A DNA stretch of 64,000 nucleotides from Eledone cirrhosa (Eukaryota): the NCBI GenBank assembly GCA_964016885.1, contig OZ024743.1:41664001-41728000 (forward strand), given 5' to 3'. Of this stretch, positions 58,049 through 64,000 are shown one piece after another (within the stretch, counting starts at the first letter, position 1; every line of letters starts with the position of its first letter). A program made the translations under genes and the position numbers. The notes beneath the pieces were generated by a model. It ran no database searches. It worked only from the letters and a program-made list of their open reading frames with translations, and was not told the DNA's origin.

Positions 58049-59052
58049 TCACAGAATTGCAGTAAATCAAATAGAATGCCACTTTAATTTCAATTGTTCA
58101 ATAAACATAAGAAAAGGGTAACTAACATACCTGTGTTCGACGTCATCACAAATGGCTTGATTTGAAGATAATTGACGTTTTCTACCACGCAAAAACGTTC
58201 TAATTTTCCAATAATTAATTACATATAAAGTTCATAAAAATCTCGATACAAAATAAATCGAATTAATTATACTGCTGTTCGGTGTATAATTAGATTCTAT
58301 GATACAGATAAATCTGTTTTTCTCATTGTCTTCTCATCAGCTAATTATTTTTTTCGATATTGGCCCTGTAAACTAACTCATGTGGCATATACTACAACTA
58401 CCTAAATGATGCAACCTTTTCAAAAAGTATCTGTTCATAAGTACTTAAATTTTATTGTGACTTTTAAGATAATTAATTAAGTGATTGATTGATTTTAGAA
58501 ATGTATTTAAGTGAAGATATATTTACCTTCCATAGGTTTTAGAATATTACACTTATCTAGTGTACCTATAGACTTATATCGTTTAACCTCACATATTTCT
58601 TTCTATTATCTGCAACACCAAACTTGTGTCTTTGAAACCCAGTCAAGGATTTTTCACTACCAAATCGAAATACAGTTTTGGCGCCTGAGAAGAGAAATTA
58701 TGATTTGGAATGTTTAATGCAGTATATAGTGCTGCTTTTGCTTCACAACTCTTGTCTTCTTCACCGGTTGCAGCTGAGATATTACTGTAAATACACCAAT
58801 GGAAAACATGTTGCCATTCTCAGTTGTTTTTAGTTTTCATTCAATTGTAATTTATGAAGTCTAAAGAACAAACTTAATATGTATATAGTTAATTAAGTCT
58901 TCTAAGCCTTTGAATTAACCTTAGCTACCATATCATATTTCATTTACAACAAAGATGATATGGCTTTTGGGCCCTACATTCAGAAATACTTCTGTCCGAA
59001 TCTGTAAAGGTGGTCGTCGCAGATTCTAACACACACACACACACACATATAA

Positions 59053-59116
<64 letters not shown>

Positions 59117-59118
<2 letters not shown>

Positions 59119-59345
59119 CGAAGGAAGTTTGGTAAGGAACCAGGAGGACCATAACGCACCAGAGTAATCGATACTTTGGGTAGTAGAGTGGGTAATAAGA
59201 AAAGGTTCAGGACTCCGACGGCAGCGCTCATGCCGTTTCTGGACTGAAATACCCGTCGGAACGGCTTGAGCTCTGCCGTTGGTGAAACAAACAATAACAT
59301 TTGTACTGCCTCTTCGTTTTTTTCTGTTTTTTGTTCTCTGTTTAA
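59117..59345 (-). mobile_element. Family D element with a fold-back hairpin (59216-59282)
   Basis: Minus strand GAAA-CGGCAtgagcgcTGCCG-TC-GGAG followed by a tail homologous to 50650-50747; TA tracts on both sides. Confidence 0.7.
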
Positions 59346-59348
59346 TTT

Positions 59349-59410
<62 letters not shown>

Positions 59411-60369
59411 CTGTCTGTGTGTGCGTGTGCGTGTGTGTGTGTGGACTTACTGAAGTACGATTTTATGGTAACGCCTATATGGGATGAACTAATGGTATTT
59501 AACAATATACAACTACATATTACAGATTAACATTCCTAGATAATTATCCATTTCTAGTAAACTACTAAATCATCTCCTACTTAAGGGTTAATATTTGATT
59601 ATATCGACTCCACTACTTGATTTGTAAATCACTTTATCTGCCGTAATATTGAATTGCAATGACAAACCTAATGGGTTCGAACTTTAACGTAAGTAACTTT
59701 AACTCCAAGGAATCTTCATCCATTATTCTACCAAAATTATATGTATCCTGCCTTCCTACTCCACTTGCACCTCCACTTCATTCCCTCCACTTCACCCACT
59801 TCCCCCTTCCTCTTCATCCTCTTACTCCTCCTTATCATCATCATAATTCAAGATCAGCATCAGCATCTTCAATGTCTCGATTATGCTTTTCATACATCGT
59901 CACTCCCCCAGATTCTCCCGATTCCCGTCTTCATCCTTTTCATCCACCTCAACCTCGTCCTCATCATCCTCGTTATCCCCCTCCTTTTCATTATCATCAT
60001 CACCACCACCATAATTCATCGTTTAGCAGCATTATTCTCTTCATATGTCGCCGCCCCACTCAAACTGACCAATTCGTTATCCACTTCCTCCACAATATCG
60101 TCATCGAACAACTGCAATATCAAATATATTTGATCTAACACTACATATTATTACTTTCAGAAAAGATTGTTGTTCCGTAGTCATTGATTAGTTCTTGCCC
60201 TCAATGGAATTAAAGTCATAGTCGGAATTTCAACCCAGAACCCGAATTGTCGAAACAGATATCACTCCAACTAATCCTCAAACACATGACCTTTGACCTG
60301 TACGTTATTTTATATTTTAGTCAGTCGGAATGTGGGAAAGAGTGCTAGAAAAGTTCATAGGGAACCGGG

Positions 60370-60935
60370 TAAAATAGACATAGAGCCGGACCAAAAGCAC
60401 AAACCGTCGGATCAAATATATAGGGAGTTAGTTCGAATACACTGAGACTAGGAACAATAGCAGAGCCGGATCAAATAAACACCAAGCCGGAACAAATGTA
60501 AAATCTGCAGGAACAGATACGCAGAAAACAGAAACAAATTTACAGTAATCCGAGTCAAAAGACAAGTGAACCTGAATATAAGCATAGAGAGCCCGAAGAA
60601 ACACACAGATTAAATATATTGGTTGCCAGCGCAGAGGAATTGTGAACCATATCAAATATACAGAGAGCCGCATAAAGTACAAAAACAGTCAAATAAACAT
60701 ACAGAGAACATGAAGAGCTACACAAATCCGGAACAAATAGACAGAGAGCCTGATCGAGGATAGGCAGTACCGGACATAATACACACGGAGTCCGAACAAA
60801 TAAACCAGTAGCCTGACGAAATAAACCAAGAGCCCGAACAAATAAGACATATAAACCATCAAGAGGATCAAATAAACAAAACCGAAATTAATGTACTAGG
60901 TGTCAGAACAAAATAACACGAGCCCGAACAAATAA
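60370..60935. repeat. Degenerate ~20-bp minisatellite (AGAGCCGGAACAAATAAAC-like)
   Basis: Recurring GAGCC(C/G)GA(A/T)CAAATA. Confidence 0.75.
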
Positions 60936-61986
60936 CACACGATATTTTTACCTGATGCTCTATAGAACTCTGAATATTCTCTCGCCAATTTATTGCTTAA
61001 TATATTAATTTGCTAGCTTGGGACGCTGTTTTCCTTTATTGACAGCCGCAAGAATGATGTTTCTATTCAACGAGAACAAAAATAAATATGTTTCCACTTA
61101 ATGGTTTCTATCAAAGACAATGGTCAATTGACAGTAAACATCATGTTCAGCTGGAAGTCAAACTTAATTGAAGTTGGATGAGATGATGAGTGAGAAAAGA
61201 CAGTGAATATATATATTTGAACATTCGGACAAACTTGAGCTTTCAAATGGTGTGAACTAATTTCCACATCGTGATGTGTTGTTCGATCTCTATCAGTTCA
61301 AGTTGGTTCGATCAACTGATATCTGTGACACATTAACGTAATTCTCACGGCAGTGTACGTAACAACTCTATCCATTTGAATTACAGGTACAGTACACATG
61401 ACAAGCTTCTATAGATTTTCCGTTTCCATAGATTCATTCACAATACTTGGGTCAAATCGAGACTGTAATAAAGAGAGAACATATGTTTAAGATTGCACGC
61501 AATGGGGTCAAATCGAGACATAATTATTCTAAAAAAAAAATGTATAATCGTTCGACAATTCTTCACCCATCATGTCAACCTTATTTTGATGGCGAAATAT
61601 ATTAGGGAGAGTTCATGATTATCGACTAAATGTCATAGCATATACATGAAATGTATGTCTTCTTCACTAGGCAAGTAAACAAACAGATACGAGTACATAT
61701 GAACGTGTTTGTATGTATAAGTACGTAAGTACACATATACACACAGACACACACATACACACACACACACATATATATATATATACCAACAAAATACGCA
61801 CACTCACACATATAGCTCTATATACAAAACGGTTTATTTCCCTTTCAGATAGACGCGTTCAATCTTCAACCTTTCTCATAAGAAAAAAGTATATCATACA
61901 GAAAACAGTTTTCCAAGGAATGGCAACATTAATGACTTGCCCGTCTCCTTAATTTTTCTATTTATTCTTTAATGTTTCATTCTTTC

Positions 61987-62018
61987 TTCTGATGAAGGAC
62001 TAGTCTCCGAAACTTTAA
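61987..62018 (+). ncRNA. Degenerate minimal hammerhead
   Basis: TT-CTGATGA-A-GGActagtcTCC-GAAA-CT-TT-AA; the downstream tail resembles 3670-3720. Confidence 0.55.
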
Positions 62019-62329
62019 TACCCTTCTCCTGCTATTTTAAGCGCTAAACTAATATATTCCTTCCGTGTACTGTGCAGTTACCTTTTGTTATTTTGTTATT
62101 TCTGTTTACCTCTTACACGCATTCCAATACACCCTCATACCCACATACCCCCCCCCATACACACACACATACTCACACATACACACATAGACACACACAG
62201 TTACACACACACACACCCACACATATATATATATGTATATATAATTATTAATTATTTACATAAATTATTTTATAGACATCATCATGTACATGCACCCAAG
62301 CAGCCGAATGTCATCAACGCAGTGTGTTC

Positions 62330-62700
62330 TCCAATGGGTGACAACACACAATCGGCTGCTAAGCAAAAACAAATATGAACTAATCCGCTTTGGAAAGAGT
62401 CTGCACCGAAATTACAATATTTAATTCCCTCGAGTGAAATACTCACGGCAGCAACACCAGAGACCTTGGAGTAATTGTTGACAACTTAAGCTGGAGTATT
62501 CATATAAACATCAAAGTTGGCATGGTCAGCAGGATAGCTTCCTGGATTATGTGGATTTACCGGGCTTAAAAAATTCACACAATCATCACACTCAACTCTA
62601 AATCTGCACGGCTCTCCCTTGAATACTGTTGTCCACTGTGGGCTCCTCAAACGAAACAATGTATAATAAGGCACACCGGAGGTAAACACCATAGATGGTA
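62330..62700 (+). mobile_element. CR1-group LINE post-RT fragment
   Basis: TRDLGVIVDNLSWSIHINIKV...SLEYCCPLWAP. Confidence 0.75.
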
Positions 62701-62944
62701 TGATAACGGTTCCCGCTCTCTTTAATGTATCAAAATATATCGAGTACAGATGTTGCTAGAGCAAATCCCCTCAGGAAATTTCGAATAAGTCCAGTACATC
62801 GGTATTTGATTCAGGAAACATTGACGTTTTATTAGGTCACGGAGTGAAAAATATGACGAGATTGTGAACACTTGAATGTGTTATTCTGTTAAACATGAAC
62901 TAAGCCAATAGTGACTGCAATCAATCGATTTTATCAAGGAATGC

Positions 62945-63820
<876 letters not shown>

Positions 63821-63914
63821 AGTAATAATAATAAATTTGAAGACTAAAATCCAAAGCGGGATCGATAAGTAAAAATTTATATCAAATATATAAGAACCGT
63901 AGACCATATATATA

Positions 63915-64000
63915 CACTGAGGATGAAAAACTCAGAGCTGTATGGGAGCATCCCAAAAGTGACACAGAGGAGACTGAGGTTAGCTGGACATGCTCACCGA
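63915..64000 (+). mobile_element. RTE-like LINE fragment at the window edge
   Basis: NSELYGSIPKVTQRRLRLAGHAHR. Confidence 0.55.

Noticed and set aside
59659-60138. 159-aa His/Pro-rich ORF
   Set aside because: It is low-complexity (CAT/CCT)-rich sequence that is open in two frames and has no domain signature.

Overview
This is eukaryotic, AT-rich, essentially gene-free DNA. The SINE types and (TA)n density suggest an octopus or other cephalopod genome (inference). I found no intact host gene, and most listed ORFs are microsatellite artefacts. Decayed mobile DNA dominates: Helitrons (one with a RepHel N-terminus carrying 23-aa STPR-like repeats), Penelope-like elements (PLEs), CR1-group, L1/Tx1 and RTE LINE fragments, a Tc1 transposase relic, MITEs and tRNA-derived SINEs. 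The main hidden signal is about 25 type-I hammerhead ribozyme (HHR) motifs from roughly ten unrelated families, all read by eye. They lie in short, mostly non-coding elements inserted in or beside (TA)n tracts, usually as partial tandems or head-to-head inverted pairs. Several show compensatory stem changes, palindromic stem III, or stem II domains of 50-115 nt. Together they resemble a microsatellite-associated, PLE-mobilised retrozyme community. Boundaries are approximate and ribozyme activity is untested.
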